A stretch of DNA of 64,000 nt from Lama guanicoe (Eukaryota). The position numbers and the translations under genes were made by a program. Every line of letters begins with the position of its first letter. The stretch's first letter is position 1. Below the pieces are notes generated by a model, which was not told where the DNA came from, searched no databases, and worked only from the letters and a program-made list of their open reading frames with translations. The stretch spans positions 7,523,957-7,587,956 of the forward strand of contig MU053881.1 in the NCBI GenBank assembly GCA_013239625.1. The letters are read 5' to 3'. Shown here piece by piece: positions 13,188 through 25,180 of this stretch.

Positions 13188-13609
13188 NNNNNNNNNNNNN
13201 NNNNNNNNNNNNNNNNNNNNNNNNNNNNNNNNNNNNNNNNNNNNNNNNNNNNNNNNNNNNNNNNNNNNNNNNNNNNNNNNNNNNNNNNNNNNNNNNNNNN
13301 NNNNNNNNNNNNNNNNNNNNNNNNNNNTTTTTTAAGGCCTCTCTCCTTGGCTTAGAGGTGGCTGTCTTCTTGCTGTGTCCTCTCACATGGCCCTTTTCCT
13401 CTGTGTTCACGTCCTTGTTGTCTCTCTGTGTGTCCTAATCCCTCTTCTTATAAAGACACTAATCAAATTGGATTCGAGCCCACCCTAACAGCTTCATTAT
13501 AACTCATAACCTCTTAAGGGTCCTGTCTCCAAATACTCTCTGACCTATTGGGGGGTGGGTTAGAGCTTCAGCATATGAGCGTGGGGGTGACACAATTCAG
13601 CTCATAACA
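13188..13609 (-). mobile_element. MLT1A-type MaLR LTR (left part hidden by N-run 13188-13327)
   Basis: ggcctctctccttggcttagaggtggctgtcttc...tcttataaagacactaatcaaattggatt...gacacaattcagctcataaca. Confidence 0.9.
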
Positions 13610-14059
13610 GGGATTGGGAGCCTACTGCTCATGAATTGATTACTCAGGTCCCCAGTAGTATATCTGACTGCTTTTGACTGTCACACCTGGCCCTGCTGAA
13701 ACACACGGCTGTAGGAGGGGACCCTTTAGAATGTGAAGCCAACTAGAAAGCAAAACCTTAGTTTTTGTATTCCATTGCCCCATATCCTTATTTCCACCCC
13801 TGCCCCACTGGCCATCTCACAGAGAGACCTCAGAACATCGGTTGTGCCCAGGACTGAAAAGACTGATGCTCAAGGCCATTCTCTAAGCATGGAAATTGTT
13901 CATGGGCTCCAGTTATATTGCAGATTAAAGATATATCTTTATTTGAGACGCTTTTACCTTAAGGCTGCTTTTTGATCTTTACACCATAAAATGACCCTGA
14001 TCTCTCAAGCAGACCTCTTTACAGGCGATAAGCATTGAAAGTATCTTTTTGGGAGGTCC

Positions 14060-14275
14060 TAGCAGTAAGAATGTAGCACACAAGCTCTGGGTTCAGTTTG
14101 CCTAGGTTAATATTTGAGCATCACCTTACTACTGTGACCTCTTAATGTCACATTTTTCATGTGTAATGGAGAAAAATAATAACACTTATTTGATAGATTT
14201 ATTGTTAGGATTAAAAGAGTTAAAACATATAATAAGTTACAACAGTAACTGGCTCACAGTAAGTACTCAAGTATT
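14060..14275 (+). mobile_element. MIR SINE
   Basis: gctctgggttcagtttgcctaggtt...ttgttaggattaaaagagttaa...ctggctcacagtaagtactcaa. Confidence 0.8.
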
Positions 14276-14384
14276 TTAAATCTTAATTTTTATAAATAGT
14301 ATGTGGACTTAAAAAATTGTCTTCATCTTTTAGTGTTATTTGATCCTGGGTAATTTTTATGAAATGTACATATGTATATCATTT

Positions 14385-14943
14385 ATGACATTTTAAACAG
14401 TCTACAAAAGATAATAAAAGTTCAATCCAAACTGGCTTAAACATGAAAAAGAATTTATTGGCCCTTAGAAATTCACATACCCGCTTCAGAGATGTCTTGA
14501 TCCAGAGCCCAAATGATGCGTCTAGAGTTCAGTTTTTCTCTATGCATTTCTCAGTTATGTTGCCTTGGTGTTGTCTCCATTCTTGGTGGCTCCCCTCTCA
14601 TGCTTGAAAGATGACTATAATCAGCTCTTGGAGCTACATGCTTCTGTATTGAAATCCAATGAGAAAGAGTGGGCATCTTTATCCTAGCATTTCCAGAAAA
14701 CATTCTGGGGTCCACTTTGATTGGGTTAGGTCAGTCCATGTGCTCATCTTTGATTGCATTGCTGATGCCATCGGAATGCAGGACTTTGGCCAGGTCTGGG
14801 TCATTCCTTCTATTCTCGAGTTAAGATTGGAATAAAATTCCACTGGAAGCACATGGGTTGAAAGTGGGGGAAATTGGGAGAGAGTTACCTGAAGATAACA
14901 GATAAAAAGATTCCAGAGAGCAAAATAATAGACGTTCACAGCA
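14385..14943 (-). mobile_element. Old MaLR LTR (MLT1K/L-like)
   Basis: aaactggcttaaacatgaaaaagaatttattggc...ttgatccagagcccaaatgatg...ttgattgg...catgtgctcatc. Confidence 0.75.
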
Positions 14944-16924
14944 TGAATGCTTTTAAATAGATTTGGAAGACTTTGAGTGTAACTATGGGGATCTAGTACA
15001 TATCACAAGTCAATTCAAACTCATTATATTGGATGACTAATTATATCTAGCATTATATGAAAGACAACACTAATGCAATTGAGTATGGATCTTCTAAGTA
15101 GACATATGTTAATATATACAGTGCTGCTGTATGAAAGATTTTCACATTTTGGTTTCTAAGAATGGAGAACAGCTCTTTGACTCCTCTTTTTCATTACAGC
15201 CACTTCCCTCCACCTGCAAAAAGGGGAATTATGGCTGGAGTTGGCCACTTTGGGTGGAGTCACTACATAGCTTAAAAATTCATCTCCTTTTTTTTGGGGT
15301 GGTATACTGACCAGGTCCTGCTACATTGAGGAAAAGTCCAGCCATCTCTCTTTTCCATTAGATCCTAAGAATTCCTAGTTCAGGCTTAGGCACTGAAAAC
15401 TTTGTTGAGATAAGCACTCAAATCGACTGGGCTTTGTTGAGACAGAATAGCCTTTCTACTTGCTTCTAGTCCATTCAAACCTGCCTCACTTGGCTACAGG
15501 AGCTCTTTATGGATTTGAGCCCAGCATGCTTGAATCCTACTTTGGCATTTGGGGTCAGAGCCCCCGTATTTTGCCTTTGTTTAATATCTCCCTTGGAAAA
15601 ATTATAAAATAAATAGTGGCGTACCCAAGGCAAGAATTCAGGCAGTGCTAGTGCCCCTGGCTAAAATACCCTCATAATATCTTTACACCTCCACTTAATT
15701 GCACCTAATTATACATTACAAACAAAACTTTTGAGAACATTTAGATGTAGCAGTATTGTCTTTAAACTCCAGAATTAAAGTTCCAAAGAATGAATAAAAG
15801 GGAGATCAAAGGCTCATTATATTGCTGATGTGCTTGAAGAATATAGATGAGTAGTCTGAGCTGGGCTGTCAAAACCCCTCGTTAAGAACAAAGGAATCTG
15901 GCTCAGAGAACCAAACTTGAGTAAAACATCTTAATGGAACCAACTGTTTACTAATATGACTTCCATGGGAGGAATGTGGCCCTAGCTCAAAAAACTTTTT
16001 AATACAAACTAATCTACTAAGGGGATTTGTTTTCTTAACCCTAAGCCTGAAAATCATTTTTGTGAAGTGCACCAATGTACACCATGTGACTGATGTGCAT
16101 TCTCCCTCGTTAGGTGAAAGAGTGGGAAATATCAAATCTTGTCAAATGAAGCAAAGGAAAAAATTAGCCTTTCATTTGTAGGAGAGACAATGACACTCTA
16201 GGGACTCAGATGCCTGCTTTGTATTAGGCAGCCTCTAATTGAGCCCCCCTTCAAAACTCCAGCTTCACAACTCATGTCTTAGAAATTTTCTCTAATTTAA
16301 AGTGCTCAACAGTTTAGCATCTGAGAATCTCCCCTTCTGAGCTGGAAGGACTAATGATCAAAAAGAAACCTGTGAGATATAAAGATATTTAACTTCTCTC
16401 ATGTGAGTTCAGTGATTTAGAAGAGATTGATATGCCAGTTTTTCCTTGTTTTAATGACCTTTCCCGCATGTGGCCTCCCTGATTCCCGTAATAACACTTT
16501 GTTTATACAGATAATTTTCTCTCCAGCAGGAGCTCTTACATGCTTTAATAACCTTTCCTCATAAATCAGCTCAGTACACTGCAAAGTTTGATGAGGTACA
16601 GGCGCTAGGAAGGGTTCCCTCAAGCCTGCCAACTGGATCTCTGATTGCTCCGTTGCCCCCTCCTGTGCTTCCAAGTGGGCTGGTGTTGGCATAGAGACCC
16701 CCTTGCTTGATGAGGCAGTAACCCCATAGTGGCCCAGGAGTGAGTACAAACTCTGTGAGAAACAAGAGGGTTTGAGGAGTTCCCCTGTGAAGAAACCAAA
16801 ATCTGAATTTTTATCTAGATTGAGTAAACCTTGGCTCAGTAATTCTTGGGTTGGGCTTTGGTCTTTTATGGACCCCAGCCTCCATTTAGAAGTGAAAAGT
16901 GTCTCCACTGGATGATTCAGTTGA

Positions 16925-17300
16925 ATCAGATGGTTTCCTTTTGGTATCGTGAGACAGAAACAGAGCTTAAAGTGACATAGGCATAAAAGAAAAATTAATG
17001 GATGATGTTATTAGGATACCCAAAGAAGGGCTTCAGGAACAGTCTGATCCAGGGTACCAAATGATGCTAAGGACCTCTTTCTTTTTCTCATGTCTTGACT
17101 TTGGTTCCCACTAGATGTTCTCAGACAAGCTTTTTACACACAGTGAGAAAAGTGACAGTTAGCAACCTCCTAATCTTATCTTAATAATTTAGGATCCAAA
17201 TTAAGAGAGAGACCTCCTTTCTCTTGGCATTTCTGTAGCAAACTTCAAGGAGTACACTAACACTGGGATTGACAGTCCCAACAGAGCCACATGGAGTGTG
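16925..17300 (-). mobile_element. Old MaLR LTR (MLT1K/L-like)
   Basis: gagacagaaac...ggcttcaggaacagtctgatccagggtaccaaatgatg, the same layout as the 14.4 kb copy. Confidence 0.6.
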
Positions 17301-17639
17301 TATGTGGATGGGTTTTCTAAAGTTATCAGAGAAAGGAAATGCAAAAATCTGCTGGGCTGACTGATTTCTGTTAGTTCTGCACTCCTCTTTCTTAAAACCT
17401 GTCTGGTGCCTCCCCACCACACATACAAACAGATGTGCACGCACACACACACAGTGTTGTTACGGGCCTGGCTAAAATACTCTGAAAAGAAACCTTGTAT
17501 GATAAAAACAAATAAATATGACATAAGCAAGAAATTACAGTTCTTGAAGGTTTCATTGTAATACCACAAACAGTTCCTTAATGCTACAACTTACCATGTC
17601 TTTTTTATTTCACACGCACTATTTTATCTAACAAAGATA

Positions 17640-17825
17640 TGTACCAGATACTATTCTAAGTATTTTACAAATATTAGCTGACCTAATCCTTGCAACAACC
17701 CTGTGAGGTTCATACTATTCCCATGTTAGGAATAGATTAGGAAACTGAGACACAGAGTGACAAAGGCATTTATACAAAAGTAGTGGGAATCAGAGCCAAA
17801 ATTTGAGTCCGGGTTAGTCTGGAAA
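17640..17825 (-). mobile_element. MIR SINE
   Basis: aatccttgcaacaaccctgtgagg...aggaaactgagacacagag. Confidence 0.85.
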
Positions 17826-18375
17826 AGATTTCCTTTGAAAAGAACCTACGTATATTAAATGCACTATTGCCTGCTCATTAGCCCTTGTCCCATTCAAGCT
17901 AGTCCTGCTCCGTTAATGTCTGCTCTGTCCTTTGCTTGAACCAGAATTCAAGCAGGCACATGTCCTATGCTCTCCGCTGCTGACCTGCCTCCTCATTTAG
18001 TGCATACAGCAGAGTTGGCACTGCTCTTGCTCCGGGAAGACCGCAGATACACCGTGCAAAGAATCTGACACATGTTGGGCTTTAAATACAGATTCGTTTC
18101 TTCTACCTTTACTCTAGTTTTGTTTTAGCTAATATTTACTTGGCTACTTCTTTCTTTTTTTCATGTTTCAATTTTAGTTGTAGGAGATAAGATCATTGTA
18201 TCCCATTTGAAAGTGCCAGCATCCTGAACTTTAAGAAGGGCCAGGAATAGCTTTGTATCCATGCTCCACCGTGTCACTGACCACTCAATTCAGACTGATA
18301 ATTCAGCCACGGAAGTCTCACTCCAGCCCTGGGGTCCTCTCAGCCCCCAATACTTCCGCAAAAGACTAAATCATT

Positions 18376-18680
18376 TGTATTGGGTTCAATAGGATTCCTC
18401 TAAAAATTCGTGTCTACCTGGACTCTCAGAATGTGACCTTCTTTGGAAATAGGGTTTTTGCAGATATAATTAATTAGGATGAGTTTATACTGGATTAGAA
18501 GGGCCCTAAATCCATGTCCTTGTAAGAAAATAGCCATGTGAAGATACAAGACACAGAGGGAAGATGGCTATGTGAGAACAGAGGCAGAAACTGGAGTGAC
18601 ACAGGTACAACAAAGATGTCAAGAATTGCCAGCAACTACCAGAAACTAGAAGAGGCAAGGAAAGATTCTTCTCTAGAGCC
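18376..18680 (+). mobile_element. MLT1B/C MaLR LTR lacking its 3' end
   Basis: tgtattgggttcaat...ctcagaatgtgaccttctttggaaataggg...gaaactagaagaggcaaggaaagattcttctctagagcc. Confidence 0.9.
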
Positions 18681-19283
18681 CCCCACGCACGGCATCCCCC
18701 ACATCAACATTCCCCCAGATGGGTACGTTGGTTATGTTCATTAACCTACACTAACACATCTTTATCACCCAAAGTCCATAGTTTACGTTAGGGTTTATCC
18801 TCTCTCAGCATTGTATGTCCTGTGGGTTTTGGCAAATGTGTCGTGACATGTATCCACCATTGTTGTGTCATACAGAGTATTTTCAATGTCCTAAACGTCC
18901 TCTGGACTCCAAGTGCGCATACCTCCACCCTGCCTCCACCTCCTGCCATCANNNNNNNNNNNNNNNNNNNNNNNNNNNNNNNNNNNNNNNNNNNNNNNNN
19001 NNNNNNNNNNNNNNNNNNNNNNNNNNNNNNNNNNNNNNNNNNNNNNNNNNNNNNNNNNNNNNNNNNNNNNNNNNNNNNNNNNNNNNNNNNNNNNNNNNNN
19101 NNNNNNNNNNNNNNNNNNNNNATATTGTCTGAATGTACCACTGTTTATCCATTTACTAACTAAGGGACATCTTGGTTGTTTCTGAGCTTTGACAATTATG
19201 AATAAAACTACTATAAACATCTGTGTGTAGGTTTCTATGTGGACATAAATTTTCAGCTCCTTTGGGTAAATACCAAAGAGTGC
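18681..19283 (-). mobile_element. LINE-1 3' fragment (L1MC/L1MB-like)
   Basis: Minus ORF 18891..19292 (LFGIYPKELKIYVH..QMFIVVLF..KQPRCPLVSKWIN) matches the ORF2 C-terminus; 3' UTR atcacccaaagtccatagtttac. Confidence 0.9.
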
Positions 19284-19329
19284 CAAAGGCATTTTTTTAA
19301 CATGAGGAGATATGTAGAGGCTGCCTGGC

Positions 19330-19660
19330 CCTACTGGTTAATTTAGTGGCTCAAGGCTATGGCATCATGACTGGCCCACAGGAATTTTCTTCCCACTTGG
19401 TGAATTGGTCATGTGAGCCATCATGGCCATGAGATGGGTGCAACAACTCCAGAGGTCACATGAAGAGATGAGGCTGTGTAGGGAGGAAAAGTGAGATGAT
19501 TCCTCTTGCATGCCTTTCATTAGAGAGTGAAACCTTCATAGAATCCCAGCTGATACCCCGTAGGTCTTACTGACCAGAATTAGGGCACAAAAGAAAACTT
19601 TAGCTGGGAGAGAGGTTGACAGTAAGCACCTAGTGTTTGTAGCTTCTCACAGGGAGAACT
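19330..19660 (-). mobile_element. Degenerate MaLR LTR fragment (MLT1J-like)
   Basis: agatgggtgcaacaactccagaggtcacat...cttactgaccagaattagg. Confidence 0.5.
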
Positions 19661-19664
19661 GTCA

Positions 19665-19830
19665 CCACCAGGTCCCTTAACCTGACAAGCTTCCCTCCAG
19701 TCTGAGCCTCAGTCTCCTCATCTATGAAGGAGGAATAGTAACAAGAATTCTCGCAGGAGTTTTGCGGTAACGCGACGAGATGGGGAGTAAAAGATGCTCA
19801 GCATGATGTACGGCACTTCCTGCAGGTTCT
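19665..19830 (+). mobile_element. MIR fragment
   Basis: gacaagcttccctccagtctgagcctcagtctcctcatctatgaag. Confidence 0.7.
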
Positions 19831-22527
19831 GTAAAAGCAGACCTGCCCTCCTGTTACCTGGCTGCTTGTTCAAGGGCAGGTGCGACTCTTCACAACAAGG
19901 AGGCTGCTCTTGGTTGACTGACATGTGTCTGGAAAGTCAGAGATCGAAACTGCTGCTCTAGCTCATGAATGATCCATTTACATGGCCCCCTTTTTTGGAA
20001 CACTGTCACTTATGCTTATATTATTTAGTCACAGAAGTTCTGTAAGGAAGCCATTTTCACCTTCTTCCAAATGTGGAAATTGGAGTACTGAGAAGGAGAG
20101 TTGGGTCTCCTGTCTCCCAGGAGTTTATCAACATAATTTTTAAGTCCGGAGCTGTGGGAGACATTCCTCCTCTGAGAATGAATCTGTGTGTCCACAGAGA
20201 TCTTGCCAGGAATAACGTAGGCACCCATTCTGTGCTAACAAGTCTTCCTGCTCAAGTCTCAAGCAGTGAATTTTTCTTGAAGGTTCCTGGAAGAAATGTT
20301 TCTGCAGTTGCAAATATATTCATCTGCAGCCTAAAAACATATTTCTATCTCTACATTTCGATTTTGATATCCACTCCCCAGCCTTTTTCATCCACACAAA
20401 GGGCCAGCTTTGAATCCCTCCTGCTTCTGCTTAATTCACTAGCACATTAAAAGCATCGAGGAGAAAATAAGGCTGTTGGAGCTGAGGCAATGCATTCTGA
20501 GTAATGCAGGGTGTGGGCTGAGATATGCCCAGGGCAGCCCCCAAGATGGAAGGCTTCTCAGCTTGTTTCTAGAGCCATTTGGGCATCTTTGTGCTACAGG
20601 CTTATGGGGCATCGGGAGAATTTCTCTTCTGAAGAACTAGAGATACTCAGCCTTCTCTTTCCTTTATTTTGCCCTATGTGTGATGCATATAGCCCTCCTG
20701 GAATAGGCTGTTTAATTCACAAACTTCTTTACCATAATGTATCAGAATGCAAAGAATATTCATTATTTTAAGTGAGAGGTAAATTACCAATTTGCTTTCA
20801 TCAGCGCATCTTTCTGAATCTTGCAGGAGATTCCTAAGGCACTAGTTTCATCTCCCAAGACAGTGTAGCCTTGCCTTTTGGGAAATGTTGTCTTTCCTTT
20901 TTAACCACAAAGAGTCTGTTCCAACGTAGTGTTTCTCAAACCTGAATAAAGGTATTAGGTTCTGCCACTTAACATCTTTAAGAACTGTAAGTGCAGTGTG
21001 TGTGTGTGTGTGTGTTGAGTTAGAGGGTAGGCAGTAAATGTTTTCTTTTCCAGGACAATGAGAATTTCTCATTTACTTGCAAAACGCTGAAGTCCTTACA
21101 GTGACCAGAAGCATTCTCTTGCCATTTTTTATGGAACCCCCCCCAAGTACCTCTCTGTGGTTAGTACTTAAAAGACTGCTGCAAGTCTCTGGCTATACTT
21201 GGAAGGGGACAGAAAGGGCAGGAGGTGGAGGGGTCCAAGTTTGCAAAAAGCTTCTCATGTTTACTGTGCGGAACTTGGAGCCTAGCCAGCTGCCTGTAGG
21301 ATCTGCAGGAAGTGTTATCAGGAAGGAAGCTATTGACAAATGAAGATCAAACTGGCCTTAAGGGTGGTAATTGGTATTCCCCTTGTATATGGCATGGTGG
21401 GGCTATTGGGTGAGCTGTCAGCCCCCCCCCTTTTCATTTGCTGAAAATGCAAACAGTGTCACCCAGGAAGTCAAGTCAGGAGGGTCTCTCAAAGCATTTG
21501 GAGGAACTTTGGCGGAGACGAAAACAATAAAAACAAAGCCATTTCCTTTTCACAGAACTGTATCTGAAAACTACTGGAAAAGCAGGAAACATCCTGATTA
21601 GGAGCAAAGATTTTCCTCAGGATTGGGTCCAGGTCCCTACCCTGCTACTCCCCCAAAGATCATGGGCAGATCACTTAACCTCTGACACTTAAGAGTTAAC
21701 TTTTTGTGTATGTGTGTATGGAATTACAGGATTGAATGCAGGGACTTCTTGCTGTGAGTGCTGGGGCAAGCTGGGATTGGGGAGGGTTGAGAGCGAGGTG
21801 TTCACTAGCAACTGAGCTTTGCATTTTGTTTTGCAAGTTGGAAGATCTTTTCTACTCTAATACTTACAATATTTGCACATGTATGTATCTCAGTGTTGCA
21901 TTTTAACCACAGGGTAGTCACTCTGAAGAAGCAGCTGATTTTGGAATTCTTGGTTTATGTGGCTCATTGTAAAGAATCTGAAATGAATTACTGTTCACAA
22001 AATAATCATTTGGGGTAAAAGGTCAAACCTCCAATTTCTCTCAGTTCTTTTTCCAAGGAAGAGACCCTTCAAAATTGAACAAGAAGTGAAGATTTCTATT
22101 CTTCTAAATAGGTCATAAGTGCCAAAAAAAAATGTAATCTAATTGTTTCTCAGACTCAACAAACATGGTTCTTTGCACAGGAGATAAAGTTTGATGCTCA
22201 GTAGATGGAGGTCGGTTGGGGCTGGGAGAGGGTGGTGACCAGGCATCTGAGACCTATAAGTTTTGTAATTTTCCTCAGTTTGCTTCTGCCATCCGCTCTC
22301 CCACTCCTCCCAACCTATGACAAATGAATGCAGGGACCTTGCTATGAGATTATGATAACACCAACCCTATTGATTTCTAAGTGTTAGAAATTAGCGTTTT
22401 AAAAATGTTTAGCCTAAATATATGATGCAATCACAAAAGTCATACTTCCGCCTAGAACTAATTCAAATTGTTTTGCTATTAATGACACAGATAAAACTAC
22501 TTTTTCATGTTTTTTCCTACAGCAAAT

Positions 22528-22815
22528 GATACGTTGTCTAGTTTAGGAATAGAGTGTATGAATAATACCCAAGGTCAAATATACTTCAATATTTGCTATT
22601 AGGAGCAATGCTGCTATGAACATCCTTGCCTGTGTCTTCTGGTGCAAGTATGCAAGAGTTTGGTGTATTGGCATAGTAGAGGAACTGCTGGGAAGTAGTA
22701 AATGAATTTGTTCAGTCTTACAAAATAATGTCTAATTGTTTCCCAAAGTGCTTATAATAGTTCAGACTGCTGCAAACAGTTCAGTTTGCTCCAAATCCTG
22801 ATATTATCAGGCCAG
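22528..22815 (-). mobile_element. L1ME-type fragment (inverted arm)
   Basis: tttgctatt...aatgctgctatgaacatccttg...gtatgcaagagttt...aattgtttcccaaagtg. Confidence 0.75.
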
Positions 22816-22834
22816 TCAGTCTTTGCCAAACATT

Positions 22835-23150
22835 CATCTACACGTTGAAGCAATAATAACGGCGAAAAAAAAATCACAAAAGATGACATCAGGTATACGT
22901 TTATATAAAGTTCATAGAAAAGGCAAAATGAAACAATATATTGTTTAGGAACACATACACAAAACATTTTTTTAAAGTGAATGATCAGTCGAACGCTCAT
23001 AGTGGCTACTTCGGGGAGTGGAGGAAAGGAGGGGCATAGGATTGGAAAGGAGTAGTGTTCTAGCTTTACTTTTATGCTTCGTATCTTACATATGTGTTTC
23101 ATATATTCTTTTGTGTATGACCGCTATTTAATAGTAATTTAAAAATTAAA
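22835..23150 (+). mobile_element. L1ME-type 3' end
   Basis: tttatataaagttcatagaaaaggcaaaatgaaacaatatattgtttagga...atattcttttgtgtatg, then an A-rich end. Confidence 0.75.
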
Positions 23151-23279
23151 GAGACTTTCCCTCCAGCTGGAGTTGGGACACTGGAAATGACTTAGAGGTT
23201 CAACAGTGCAACTAAGAACAGATATAGAGGCAGGAAATGAAGGAGCAGAGGAATGGCACCGAAAAGTTGTGTGAGGCAG

Positions 23280-23460
23280 CTCACACTGGACATTAGCTCT
23301 TCTGAGTTTGAGCCTTGACTCTGCCACTTATTGAGAGTGTGGCTTTGGGAAAGTGACTTCACCGCTCAGTGTTCTGTTCCCTCTTTCTGCAAAATAGGGC
23401 TAATGATGAATATGCATTTCTTCAGTTGCTATGAGAGAAACTGAAAGTGAAGCCCTTACC
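23280..23460 (+). mobile_element. MIR SINE
   Basis: ctgagtttgagccttgactctgccacttatt...ttgggaaagtgacttcacc...ctgcaaaataggg. Confidence 0.75.
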
Positions 23461-24604
23461 CTAAAGCTGAAATCTTTGAATATTTTAGTATTTGTTTTAC
23501 AGAGACACTTGTTGGAGCTTGGAGGTTTAGAGAAAACTATAGGTAAATTTGCATTTGGAGCTTAAGCACGTTTAGAAGGGAAGCATTTGAAATTCTTTTT
23601 CCTAGACACCCAAAGGCATTGAAACCCATCCATGGATTGGAGTTGGTCTTTGCCAGGTTCGCGGGGACAGGGATGTGTCATCATACCCTGAAACAGAATC
23701 ATTCTGGTGGTATAATGAGATGGCGCCAGGGTTCTGGTGGTCAAAAGGGTCTGTGAGGTGAAAAACACACTAAATTTTGTCCCAATTCACACCTCTTGGT
23801 GACAGGCGACAGTCCTTAGAACACAGGTGGTGGACATGAGTCTAAATAGGCCAGAATTAGAACACCACTATCACTTTGCATCAGTGATTTGCAACAGCTG
23901 TCATTTCACCGAAATAGCCAGGAGACTCAGCCCCGGCCACGTTTCTCCCCACTGCTGGGACTTCCTTGCATGTTGGCCTGGGCTCTGGGCACAGCAACAC
24001 CAAGGAGGGCTTGGAGACATCCCAAGTCTGTGACCCCGTCGAGGTACATATGTCTAGAATGGCCAGGACTCCAATGAGTATGAGACTTCTGTGGCAAACA
24101 AGTATTTCTCTGGCAGTGGCTGGGAGACCCCAGCCTCCATGTGAGTTCTCAGGTAAGAGCAAGCAGGTCTGAATCTTGGAACACGATGAGCCGGCACCAC
24201 TGGCTTTGTCCTTCTTGGACATAGCAAGGGAGAGGAATCCTGTGGGAGGAAAGGCAAGGCTCTTCTGCCAAGCTTGGTCGTGGGATGCGTGAGTGTTTGC
24301 TGTAGTTTGGACTGTGACTGGGTGGGCGGCAGTCATTACTCAGAACCCAACCTGTAAAACCAGACATTTCGATTTAAAATATTTTCACGTTGACTACAGT
24401 AAGATGGCATGTATGTGAAGAATCTGCGGTGTGTGGGCTGCCATCAGTTGAAAACAGGTCCTACTTTGTGCTCTGGCAGTAGGGAACATGTTTGTGTCTT
24501 CATCTTGCTTAGATTTCATGGGATGGAAGAAGAATTCTTTTGGATGCTGACCAGATAATCCAGGTTCTAAAGTGAGGTTTAAGTCTTCTAAATTGCATTT
24601 AGAG

Positions 24605-25180
24605 GTTTTTTTCATTTAATTATGTTTGTATAATTTTAATCACATAATAATATAACAGCCACCCTTATTCCTACAAGAACATATTAACAATTGCCAACAT
24701 TTGTTCTACTTGCTTAATTTTTTTAAAAGGAACAAAATATTAGAAATAGATCAAGTTTAAGCTCTTTTTGCTCACCCATTCCAGCCCACTTTTCTCTTGT
24801 TTTCCTCCCCCTAGAGACAACTAATATCACAACCTGGGGGACATCTTTCTCCTTTATGTTTTGGTATCTTTACCACACTTGTTATATCTAGAATATATAT
24901 GAATTGTGTCCTTTGTTTTTTAATCAACATGAAATGCATCATCTGTACATATTTTTCTGAAACTTCCTTTTCATGCATTTTATTTTTGAGATCAATTTAT
25001 GTTGATGCATGTAAAGCTAGATAAAGCATTACCATTGTGGCATAATAGGAATTCCATAATACAAATATTCCGTAGTACAAATACACATTGTTTTATTTAT
25101 CTATCCTTCTACCAGTGGATATTTAGATTTTTTACAAATATTCACAATTGTAAACAAGACTGTAATGAACATCTTTTTAA
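24605..25180 (-). mobile_element. Old LINE-1 3' fragment (L1MC/ME)
   Basis: tttttgagatcaatttatgttgatgcatgta...gtggatatttagatt...tgtaatgaacatc. Confidence 0.65.

Noticed and set aside
16417-16908. 163-aa minus-strand ORF
   Set aside because: Non-ATG start, no recognisable homology and no convincing splice context.
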